Source of the DNA: Camelus dromedarius
Lineage: Eukaryota
DNA: 64,000 nucleotides
NCBI RefSeq assembly: GCF_036321535.1
Contig: NC_087436.1
Coordinates: forward strand, 74,216,001 to 74,280,000
Direction of reading: 5' to 3'
This document shows positions 38,297-49,700 of this stretch, piece after piece; the stretch's first letter is position 1; every line of letters starts with the position of its first letter. The notes under the pieces were generated by a model. It was given only the letters and a program-made list of their open reading frames with translations, did no database searches and had not been told where the DNA came from. A program made the translations under genes and the position numbers.

Positions 38297-38530
38297 CCAT
38301 GTAGCCCAATGGAAAAGTACCTGGGCTGTGTCATAGCCCTTCCTTTGAACCTAGATGTTGTATGTATTGTCCGTGTAGATCTAACCACCACTGGTCTGGT
38401 TCTCTTTAGCTGTACAGTGGGAATACATCTTATCTAAATTTGTATCTCAGAGGGGTTTGTGGTGCTTAAATTAGATACTTTATGCAGAGTGACAGGTCCA
38501 TACTTGACATATGTTATTTGCACAGGAAAT
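38297..38530 (+). mobile_element. MIR SINE (degenerate)
   Basis: ctgtacagtgggaata...gtggtgcttaaattagata. Confidence 0.5.
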
Positions 38531-39870
38531 GATTGTTATCAGAAAGAATAGGTATGTGAAAGTTACAAGCATCAGAACTCGCAGAAGCCCTGGGCTAAGT
38601 GTGTGGCTCTGTAGTGGCGATGGGTTTACTGTGACTCTTTTCGGTTGTCCTCTTACTTATTTAAACCCAATTTTATTTCTCTCAGACCTGAAGCAACAAC
38701 ATCTGGTATCCATTTCTCGCGATTAATATCTGAACTAGGTAATAACAGGCAAAGCTAACTGATGATGGAGGTCAAAAGTGGGGGTGAGAAGTCTGGAATA
38801 GTCTGGAAAAGTCTGGAAGGAGCCTTACATGGATGCTAGAAATATTCTATATTATTTTTGCTGTTTACAGAAGATTAGTGCACCGTACACACTTGTATGT
38901 TACATCTTAATAAAAAATTGAAAATGATTTGAACAAGGTGTACATAAGAATCTGAAGGTTGACATATACCAAATCCACTGTTAAAGCTAATCGATTTTAT
39001 TTTTAAAAGGTCAACTTGGTTAATTTAATTAAGTTCTTTGATTGGCAGAATTTGAAAACTACATTTCACATTTGGCTGCAGACCTTTGTTTAATCCTCAT
39101 TAAAAATCTGGAAGTTTTACACAAGAATCTGGCTTCTGGAAAAATCAGGCATATGGCTTGGAGCCGTGTGTACCCATGTCAGGCGAGGCGTAGCCCCTCC
39201 AGTTTGCTCTGAGGCTCCGCTGCTTCCTGTGACCTTACACCTGCCACTCTGCAGTTTACCCTGCCTGCCTGGCTCACTGGGCATTCGAGTCTGCCAGCCT
39301 AGTAGCCCAAACAGTGGCTGCCAGGTTATCTTTCTCATGTCCAACCAACTGTCCAGACTGTCTTTTCCTGTAGAGGAATGGTTGACCATTTCCAATATCA
39401 AACCAGGGCAGGAAATCACTGTATCTTACCCTCTTGGGTCTCTCCAGTGCCTACTGTAGCAAGCACTCGTGAAATGTTTGCTGACTGAGTGCAAATCCCA
39501 CATAATGTGCTGTCTCCTGTCATGTATGTCTCCTGTCATCATTTTTTTCAAAGAACGTGGGTTTGCTAGCCTTTCAAACTGCCTCTTTTGACCATAGACA
39601 AGATAGAGGGTTAGGAAAGCCAAAGGAAGAATGTTCTCCACACAGTCTGTTTAAATTATGATTTGAGGCAGGCTTTATTATACCAAATCATCATCAGGCT
39701 AATTGCTTGACAGCCTCTCTCGTTACTGCTGGCTGGCGCCATTCAACTGATCTGCTCGGCTGATATGTGGCTGGGGATGGTGTGGCATGTTCTCCCTAAG
39801 GAGAAATCTGCTAGCTGGAAAGATACCCCAGACTCCTCAATATTGTACATGCCATTCACACCCCATTTCT

Positions 39871-40335
39871 TTCTTTTTTAAAAAAAATTATTTATTTTTT
39901 TAATTGAAGTATAGTTGATTTGCAATGTTGTATTTGTTTCAGGAATACAGCAAAGTGATTCAGTTATATATATAAATCTATTCTTTTTCAGGTTATTTTC
40001 CATTCTAGGTTATTATAGGATATTGAATATAGTTCCCTGTGCTATACAGTAGGCCCTTGTTGGTTATCTATTTTATATGTTAATCTGAAACTCCTAATAC
40101 AGCCCTCCCCTAGCCTCTTTCCTCCCTGGTAACCATAAGTTTGTTTTCTATGTGAGTCTGTCTGTGTTTTGTAAATAAGTTAATTAGTGTCATTTTTTTA
40201 GATTCCACTTATAAGTGATATCATATGATATTTGTCTTTGTCTGACTTATTTCACTTAGTGTGATAATTTCTAGGTCCATCCATGTTGCTGCATATGCCA
40301 TTATTTCATTCTTTTTTATGGCCAAGTAGTATTCC

Positions 40336-40376
<41 letters not shown>

Positions 40377-40697
40377 CACATCTTTATCTAGTCATCTGTT
40401 GATGGACATTTAGGTTATTTTCATGTCTTGGCTGTTGTAAATAGTGCTGCTATGAGCATTGGGATGCATGTATCTTTTTGAATTAGAGTTTTCTCTGGAT
40501 ATATGCCCAGGAGTGGGATTGCTGGATCATATGGTAAGTCTATTTTTAGTTTTTTGAGGAAACTCCATACTGTTTTCCATAATGGCTGTACCAATTTACA
40601 CTCCCACCAACAGTGTAGGAGGGTTCCCTTTTCTCCACACCCTCTCCAGGATTTATTATTTGTAGATTATTTGATGATGGCCATTCTGACCTGTATA
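39871..40697 (-). mobile_element. Camelid L1 3' end with perfect 14-bp TSD and internal (TG)18
   Basis: TSD cacaccccatttct at 39857-39870 and 40698-40711. (TG)18 at 40338-40373. Confidence 0.95.
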
Positions 40698-40734
40698 CAC
40701 ACCCCATTTCTAAGTCACAACAAATCTAACATTT

Positions 40735-40960
40735 ACAGTAGTGTTGGAGAGCATATTCTTTGAAATCAGGCTGCCCGGGTTCATACCACTACTTGCTACT
40801 TTCGTGATCTTGGGCAAGTTTTTAGTCTCTCTGTGCCTGATGCTTTAGCTGTGAAGAGGGTATACTAATAGTACCTCCCTAGTAGAGCTGTTGGACGAGT
40901 TAAAACAAGACATGTAAAGTACTTAATATTTTACCTGATACAGAGTAAGCACCCTGCTAA
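40735..40960 (+). mobile_element. MIR SINE
   Basis: gtgatcttgggcaagtt...catgtaaagtactta. Confidence 0.7.
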
Positions 40961-41895
40961 GACACTAAGGACATATATGTCTATAAATGAGGACGTATAT
41001 GTCTATAAATGTAACTGGTATTTGTTGTTACCTTCACACCTTATTCATTTTTTATGTTAGCTGTGCAATTTTCCTAGAGATTGAAATGTCATTAATAACA
41101 CTGTAATTTGTGTTCCACAGTGCTCTTTCTCCAGAGTTTTCTTTTTGTCCCCAAGGCTAAAATGTGAACCCAAACATAGTTCCTATTATTCTTAGCACTA
41201 AATGGTAACTTGGGGTTCCCCCTCTGGCATGTGGGGACTTTGAAGAGATGGCTGAACTCAACGTGCTACCTTCTAGCCACTAACATTCTTGTGAAGAAAT
41301 ATCTTGGTTTCCCCAAAGAATTAGAGAATTCAAAGAGAGAAAAAGAACGGGAGTGATATGATTACTTTAGGTCTGTTGGTCTTTGTGATTAGAGGCAACA
41401 GAGTTTAAATTGAAAATGTATGATTTTCATCAGTAGTGTTAGCAATGAGAAAATATGCTTTCTGATTTCTGTATTGTAAATGCTTTATGTCCTGCAATTA
41501 TTATACAGGAAAAGTACTGTGTAATAATACTGTGGACTTGACTAACGTCTTTTATGACATTAAGAGGCCTAAAGGCATTATCTCATCAACCTTGATGTCA
41601 ATGTGTGGTCAGATCCAGGATAAAAAAATGTTCACTTGAATACAAAGTGAGCATGGCTCTCTGCTGTGTCTCCACTTCCCTTGGTGTGTCCTCAAGGATC
41701 TGACTCCTTCAGACACACTTGGAGTTCTCCACCAGATACAACTTCCCATGAAATTAAAAGAAAATGGACTAGAAAAGAGAAACTGAGCTTAGTAAGTGTC
41801 TCTCTAGGCTCGCTGTCGAGTTTTCTTTCAGCGTGAAACCTCTTTGTGGAAATTTGCAGATCTGGGCTATATAACTTCTGAACCCACACAAGGGA

Positions 41896-42662
41896 TTTTT
41901 TGTCTGTGTTTTTAATTGAAGTATAATCAGTTTACAATGTTGTGTCAATTTCTGGTTTACAGCATAATGTTTTAGTCATACACATACATACATATATTCA
42001 TTTTCATATTCTTTTTCATTATAGGTTACTATAAGATGTTGAATATAGTTCCCTGTGCTGTACAGGACGAACTTGTTGTTTATCTATTTTGTATATAGTA
42101 GTTAGTATCTGCAAATCTTGAACTTCCAATATATCCCTTCCCAACTCCTTTACCTCCTGGTAACCATAAGTTTGTTTTTTATATCTGTGAGTCTGTTTCT
42201 GTTTTGTAGATAATTTCATTGTGTGTCTTTTTTTTTTTTTTAAGATTCCACATATAAGTGATGTCTTATGGTATTTTTCTTTCTCTTTCTGCTTTACTTC
42301 ACTTAGAATGGTGATCTCCAGATCCATCCATGTTGCTGCAAATGGCATTATTACATTCTTTTTTATGACTGAGTAGTGTTCCATTGTGTGTGTATGTGTA
42401 TGTATATGTGTATATACATATATATATACATACACACACCCCCAACTTCTTTATCCATTCATCTGTTGATGGACATTTAGTTTGTTTCCATGTCTTGACT
42501 ATTGTAAATAGTGCTGCTATGAACATTGGGGTGCATGTATCTTTTCAAATTAGAATTCCCTCCAGATATATGCCCAGGAGTGGGATTGCTGGGTCATATG
42601 GTAAGTCTATCTTTAGTTTTTTGAGGAATCTCCATACTGTTTTCCATAATAGCTGCACCAAA
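41896..42662 (-). mobile_element. Camelid L1 3' end
   Basis: ORF2 C-terminal peptide [27 protein letters not shown]. Probable TSD tgaaccca(c/t)aca at 41879 and 42663. Confidence 0.92.
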
Positions 42663-42834
42663 TGAACCCATACATTTGTTTACTTTTCTCGTCTTACACG
42701 TCATTGTCACCTTGGTCCTTGCCAGTGTGATCTTTTCTACAATGGCTCTTCTTTTTAATGACACAGTGTGATTTCTAAAAGTGAGATATGCAGGGTATAA
42801 TTCTACCTGCATGGTTTCCATAATTTTATAAAGT

Positions 42835-43020
42835 TTAATTTATTCATCGAGCATCTAACATATGCCAGTCATTGCTCTAGGTGCTGGGGACACATCTCTG
42901 TCCTCATGGAGTCGACGCCCTTGTAAGTGGAGGAAATGAATAGGGAGCCCAATACGTGTGTAAATTACACAGTATGCTAGAAGGGGGTGGGTGCTCTATG
43001 GAAAGAAAGTGACCAGAGGC
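42835..43020 (-). mobile_element. L2 3' end
   Basis: tattcatcgagcatcta...ctaggtgctgggga...tcctcatggag. Confidence 0.6.
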
Positions 43021-44219
43021 CATGAGGTTCTTTCTGTCTCCTCCATTCATAAAATTGTTTTTGTTCCTACTGGGAGTATTGAGGACAGACTTTTCATTTA
43101 AAAAAACATACTATGTGAAAGTACTTTGAGCTTCTGCAGCATGCCATAAAAATACAAGGCCTGGCAAGCAAGTGCCCTACAGCTATCCCAATCTACCTTA
43201 CGTAATAGAGGTCTACCTTCCCAGTGCCAGAGGACAGTGTAAGTGTTATGCACAGACACAAAAAAAAATTGAAAATGAGTAAGGACACCACATTTTCTTC
43301 ATTATCGTGTGAGGCTTTCTCTCCATAGACCACCCCCATCTCTAACCACAGACAAGCACCCTACAAGGACATGTGCAGATCATTAAGGAAAAATACTAGT
43401 GGTAGTCTGGTGTTCTAAAATCGAGGCTGTCTATCTTGGTCTGCAGTTTATCAGCAGAGTAACGTAAAACTCTCCTGCCCGTGGACTTGTTTTTTAAAAG
43501 GTCATCAGAAGAAAACAGGATGTGCCTAAGTTGATGAACTACTTGGCTTATAGAGAAAAGGAAAAAGAAAAACCCCATAGTTCTTCAAAAACTCATGTAG
43601 AATATTCTTTTTTCCCCCCTCTTCACACAGATATTAGTACTGGGAAGAAACCTAGTGATATTCTGGATTAGAGTGAGGACTACAGCCCAGAGACCATGAG
43701 TGACTTGTTCAAGGTCACTTAGCAGTTCAGTGGCAGAACCAGAAGGAAGCTAAGCCCCCACCTCCTGGCCCAGCGCACTGTGGGTTCCATAGCGCTGCTT
43801 CTAGATCAGATCATCACTGCTTCTTCAGACGTGGACTGCCTAACCTCCTACAGCTGATTGTCAGAGAAGCTAGGCAGGTAATGAACGAGAAGTTGAAGAT
43901 GCTTGTGAAAGTGTTCCAGGTCTGTGGTAGAAATCTCCAGTAGAGCCAGCAGGAAATAGAAGGTGTGGCTGAGGGGAGGGCTTGGGGGACAGCATGGTGT
44001 GAAGGGTCTTTTCTAGATGCGAGGGAGCTGCTGCACGTTCCAGCATGTGCCGAAGTAAGCATCACTGATTCTGAAGGGTGTCACTTCCAGACTTGAGGGC
44101 AGACTGCACTGTCCTTCTGCCCAGGAGTGGCTGCTGGACCACAGAGGCTGATGGGGACATGTCACGTGCTATTCAGGTGCTGGTGGGAGAGCGACCGTCC
44201 TGCCCGTACCACCAGGGGA

Positions 44220-44630
44220 CATTTGAGCGCTTCCCCTGGACTGGGTGCTATGCTAAGTGCTTTGCTCACATCATCACATCACATTCTGTCCTCACATCAG
44301 ATAGGTTCTCTTATGAGTCCCATTTCAGAGGAGAGAAAATTGAGGTTTGGAGAAGTTTAGGAATCGGCCCAGGATCACATAGCTAGTGAATGCCAAAGTC
44401 AGAATTCAAATTCTCCTTTGTAGAGGGGGGTGGTTCAGAGCATGAGCTCTGGGGTCAGATTGCTGGCAATCCCAGCTCAGCTTGCTAGCTGTGAAGGGTT
44501 CAGCACGTTACTTAACCACCCCAAGCCTCCCTTTCCTTATGGGTAAAGTTGTAACACTAATTATAATATTTACCTTATAGCACTGTGGTGATTAGAGAAT
44601 ATAACATAGTATCTATTGACACATAGTTAA
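44220..44630. mobile_element. Head-to-head MIR pair (minus about 44220-44415, plus about 44430-44630)
   Basis: cccatttcagaggagagaaaattgagg...cacatagctagt, then gtggttcagagcatgagctctggggtcaga...gttacttaacc. Confidence 0.7.
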
Positions 44631-44665
44631 TTATTAGTTGCACAGTAGTTAACTATAGTCCAACT

Positions 44666-44746
44666 ACAAGTTGAATCACATGAAATCGCTTTTGTCATAG
44701 ACCAAAAAATTGTCAAATACTGACAATTTCACGTGGTTCTGTCTGA
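44666..44746. mobile_element. MADE2 Mariner MITE (about 80 bp)
   Basis: agttgaatcacatgaaatcgc...aaaaattgtcaaatactgacaatttcacgtggttc, flanked by TA. Confidence 0.75.
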
Positions 44747-45457
44747 TATGCAGGCATTTATTCTTTGTAAATATAACAATGGTTCCCTTATTCATCTCTT
44801 AATTTGTCTGAAGAAGCACTGATGACCTAATCTAGGAAGCACAGGTGATTTGATTGTGGCAATACAATTTTTTTTCTTTCCTTGCCTGCCAGCAGAACCC
44901 TTTGTTATTGTGTGCTGTGGAGACCACCTCCTGGTCAGTGGCAGGAGGTTGTTAAATTTGACACATTCAAAATGAATTCTGTGGTCTGGCTGCCCTTGAA
45001 CTCTGGTTTGGTGGGAGTAGCCTGGGATGGAAGGACAGGCAACTCAATTGTGGTGTCTGGGGAGGTTCTAGTGTGGGAGCAGAAAACAGAAAATGGGGAT
45101 AAGAACTTTGCCTTCCTCAAAGGAAAGAAGGCTACTTGGAAAGAACACATCTGTGGTGCAAGATCTAGTTGGGGGGTTTCTCGTCTGAAAGAGGATTCTC
45201 TCACACCCCTGCCCCAAACTGTTCCCATCTCACACTTGCCTAATCCTCTTTCCTTAGAATTCATATTAGAGAAAAGAAATAGCTCTGGAATTCAAGTGGA
45301 GCGTTCTGGAGGGACAGAAACAGTCTAAATAAAATTAGTTTCACCTCTGAAAAATGCACTGACATCTTCAAGGATGCTTTAGACATTCTTGGTGTCCAGA
45401 GTGGAGATTACTACTGTATTTAGAGTATAATGCCCCCTGTGATGGTGGAATTCTGCC

Positions 45458-45495
45458 GTGTGTGTCTGTGTGTGTGTGTGTGTGTGTGCGCGCAC
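45458..45495. repeat. (TG)n ending in CGCGCAC
   Basis: Read directly. Confidence 0.9.
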
Positions 45496-46139
45496 TTTCT
45501 CCCCTTCTTTCTTTCCACATCTAAAAAAAATCTGGAAATCTTTTAAAGCTTCTTTGCAAGGAGGTTTATAAATTATGCTTGGATCCCATGATTAGCTTTC
45601 TCCCACAGTGGTGGCTGTAAACCATGCATTTGCAGACCCATGAACTCAGACACTCTTGGAGTCGTTTTCTCTCTGTGAGCTGTTCCTTTTCTCTTTGTGT
45701 CTCTGGTTACTGTTAAGCTGACCCCTACAGTCTGGGGCAAATACCAAAACTTGAATCAAGCACTGCTTAGCCATACAGCTGCAAAGGCCCAAGGTCTCAG
45801 GGGCTCAGCTGAGTTTTCAGTGAAATGCCTTTGCCGATTGCAGCTCAGGAAACCTGTCAGGATTCCGTGCAAAAAGGTGAGCTCCGCAGCCCTCCACTGG
45901 GCTGAATTTTCAAATGTGATGTCTTGCTGCTGTTTTGTCTTGGATTTCACAATCATGACTTCTATAAATTTTTGTGTCTGAGGAGATTGTTACACTATTG
46001 AACGTGATCCTTGGAAACCATGACCGTAGAGATATTCCCTTTTATTTGATTCTCCCTCCTCTTCTAGTTTCTGTGAGCAACTGTTGCTTGCAAAAAAACC
46101 CATAGCTAATTAAAAATTGAACTTTTTCAGCTGCACAGA

Positions 46140-46792
46140 AGCCTGAGCAGCGAGGGGAGAGAGGAAGAGCTGGCGGGGGGCGGGCGGGAGGTACCCTACA
46201 TGGGGGAACTGTTGCTGCCATCCATTCTGTCTCCTTCCCTGTCATCACTGGTGCATCGTGTTATTGTGAGTCAGAGACCCTAGAGCGACCTTTGGGAAAG
46301 GGCAGGAGAGGGCTTACCCCTGGCCACAGGCTCTGCTTGCGACAGCCTGACCAGCAGCTCCTGCGGAGTGTGGGCTGGTGTGCACCAGGGCGGCGTGCCC
46401 GCGGCCACCGCAGAAACCGGTTCCCGGGTTCTGGCCGGGTGCACTTCCCCTTACATCAGGGGGCCTGCTGCTGTCAGGCAGGCCGGCCGGCGATTGGCTG
46501 GGAGGAGGGCAGTAATCTGAACTGCCTATTGTACGTGGCTAATCAGGGCAGCCGTTTGATTGCAGGTTCTGGGCAGAGGTGCCTTGCTGGTGTCTGACAC
46601 CTGTGTCTTAGCTCTTGCCTTCCTGGGGCTGCCTCCCGGGGATTCTTTCTGGGCCAGAATTGTGCCTCTCTGCTGCCTTCCCCAAGCCACTGAGCCCCCT
46701 CAGCAGGCCGGCTTGGCTCAGTGTCAATGCTGGACAGAGATGTCTGAGAGAGAATTAAGGACAGTGGAAATGCTGGCTTAGACTTCCTTAAG
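46140..46792 (+). promoter_or_regulatory. SHROOM3: Candidate internal promoter plus non-coding first exon of a short SHROOM3 isoform
   Basis: CpG-rich. Contains GGGCGG boxes (46178-46187, 46388), TGAGTCA (46267), AACCGGTT (46415), reverse CCAAT (ATTGG 46493) and a consensus donor AAG|GTAAGT with GT at 46793. Confidence 0.6.
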
Positions 46793-49700
46793 GTAAGTCC
46801 ATTTTAAACCAGATATTTCTCGACTTGATTTCTACATTTATCTCAACAGAAATGCCAGTATCAGGAAGGTAAACTAAAGAGAGGTAGGGAAATTGTTTAG
46901 TTTAGGCTTTTATGGTGAAATTCCTAAGTGATTTGGCTGTCAGATGTGCTGGCAGAATGATACCAAGGCATAAACAAGGATGTCAGCGGGGAGAGGGGTA
47001 CCTGACACATGACTGTCATCCTTGCAGGTGGTGGTACCTCACTGTGTACTCCTTCATCTTTGATGAGAAGCTTGAGTGATGAGAGAATAAAGTAACATTT
47101 CATTGAGGCCAACAAATACACATGTCTGTGCGTTCCAACCGTGAGACCCCCGGGATTTATCATCTGATTCTCATTACCACTTATTTTTAAAGCTATCTTT
47201 AACTCTTTCTCTTGTGGTAGGAAAGCAGTTTTTCTTTTCAAGGTTTGCTCGGCACAGGACAATTGGTGACTTTCACTGCAGCACGGGGGTCGAGTGTCCT
47301 GGCTCACTGCTTCGCTCACCCTTATGTTCGAGAGAAAGTCAGATTCTAGATGGAAACACCTAAATTCGAGCGGCAGTGAGATGCTTAGGGATATTGAGCC
47401 ATGACTAAGCTTAAGCTCTGCTCGGTTTTCATTTTATGGACTTTTAAGTTGATTGATAAACACTTTGGGAACCCTTCTGCCTTCCTCTGGGGACCTCCTC
47501 TTGGATTGCTGTAGGCATACTTTCATTCTGGGGTTTAGTAATCCAAAGGTGGTAAAAAAGACTAGTGGTTTGGACTAGTGCTTACACTCTTGCCTGTTTG
47601 TCATGATAGGGGGGAAATGATTTTTATTTTTTTAATGAAAACTTTCTGTAAACTGGTGAAGATCCATTTATTCATCCGAAGAGGTTCTGAGACTGCTCTT
47701 CCCACCCTATTAATTCCAAAGATGGAATAGGAAGGTGTTCCCCAATTCTAAATGGTTCTATTCAAGTAGTAACGATAATGAAGAGACAGAGGTGGTGAAA
47801 AAGAGGAGGTAAGCATTCAGAAATCATACACTCACGATCTATGTTAATCATCCTGAAATATGTTTTTTTCTTCCAATATTTATAGCCAGTTGGAAATCTC
47901 CATCTTACTCAGCTGTTAGCTAACTCTTCTTTATAAAGACATTTTCCTGTTATAAGATCAACGTGTTAGTGAAACTAAATATAAATCCTAAAAATGACTG
48001 CTTTGATGAATATAAAGCATCGGAAATAATATTGCCCGTGCATGTGGTGAAATGTGATCACCACACAAGTCTACAGAAATCATTTTAGATATAATGTGTG
48101 TACAAATAGTACAGATGGTTGGTGGTAATTGAAAAATTAGATCCATTGGTAAGTAGATGCTAAGTGAATTTATAAATGTTGAGGGAGTTAAAGGAGAAAT
48201 GAATGTTGGAGAGCTGAATAAATATTGAATATTTGGCATTGATTTACATTTCAAAATTCTACCTTCACTTATGAATTCCAGCCTAGAGAATGTACACTTC
48301 AAAGATGATTTCCTGGGTTAAGGAGAAGTCATTGTTGTATGGAAGAGGGACAAGTACTACCTCAGCCCTAATCACTATCTTAAAAAAAAGTCACTCTCCA
48401 TAAAAACCTTAGTGTCCTAAAAAGGTGCAGAAGGGAAGAGAGAGCTAGTTGAAAAACCTCTATCTCTAGTTAAAAAGGAAATAAAGTCACGAAAACCCCA
48501 CATCTCATATGGAGTGTGAGAACCTTTGCACATATCTGCAGAATATGAGGGGACCCGCAGTGTGTAATTTAACAAATTGTTAATAGCTAACATACACACT
48601 GTATTCCATCCCAAGAACAGGATCATTAGAGTTAGATTGGGGCAGAGGATTAAGTGTCTTAAATTTATTTCTTCCCCAGTGACAATTTTTAAAAGCCTCC
48701 CTTCTGGAGCTGTGGAATGCCTGCCAGGCTCCCTCGTCTGGGGCGTGGTGAGGTCCCCTCCGGTGTCGTGGAGCACACACAATGGGGCACAATACAGCAC
48801 CCGCAGCCTCGCCCTCCCAGACACACACTGTGTGCCCCAATGGCTCTGCTTGAAAGGTTCGGCTATGCAAATGAAGCTGTACATGTCAGACACTCCCCTC
48901 CCCTTACCTCTCCCCCTCGTCTCTTCCTCCCTCAAAACAGCCCCAATTCCGGCCTTTACCCTATACTTTTCTGAGTGTGGGGGTGGGGGCGCTGTGAGCT
49001 CAGACGCGGAGCCACTGAGCAAAACCTCCCTTTGCTGGATGTGCTGTGGCCATAGGGACTGGGTCTAGCAAGCTGGGGGTCCGCAGCCCTAGACAAATGG
49101 AAAAAGAAGTGGCTTCCTCATCTTCCCCCAGCTCCATAGATGGCTTCATTAAAATGTCCCTGCTTAATAGAGAAAAGTTGGCACATCTTGTTAGGCCAAA
49201 CCTCTAAAAGACATGCTTTGTTTTTTTTAAACAAACAAAAAAAAACGTCCAGCAATCATAATGTTTGCATTTTGGAGACTAGAAAGAAGCTTTACGTCAA
49301 AACAAATGGATGATTTTGGAGGAGGGGAACCTAAGCAGTCTCAAGTCATTTTGCTTCTACTCGGACAGATTGGATTAAAAAAGTACGTCAAATGGTGATG
49401 GCAGTGCGGTATTTGTGGCGTATCATCTGATATCACTTGGAGGAAAGCTCTTAACCGACGTCTGTGAACTGAAACTGGTAGAATTGCTCTGATGTCCCGT
49501 CAAGTGATCAAGTGAGCACTGGCGTCAGACACTTAAGTAGGACTTCGCTTGTGCACTCTGGGCCTGGTTTTGAAACGACAACTCTAGGGATGGAATTTAA
49601 ATGAGCCCCACCCTGAAACACTTTGGCTGTTTAGAATCATTTGTTTTTTTTCCCCAAGTTCCAAAGCTCCTTAGTGACCAGTAAAGCTACCAGTAGACCC

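Noticed and set aside
17166..46000. Intronic miRNA genes annotated in human SHROOM3
   Set aside because: No recognisable miRNA hairpin or MADE1 element is seen here. Only a degenerate MADE2 is present.
48417..49068. Longest ORFs in the track (201 aa minus, 163 aa plus)
   Set aside because: Non-ATG starts, no recognisable domain and overlapping on opposite strands. Expected by chance in GC-richer sequence.
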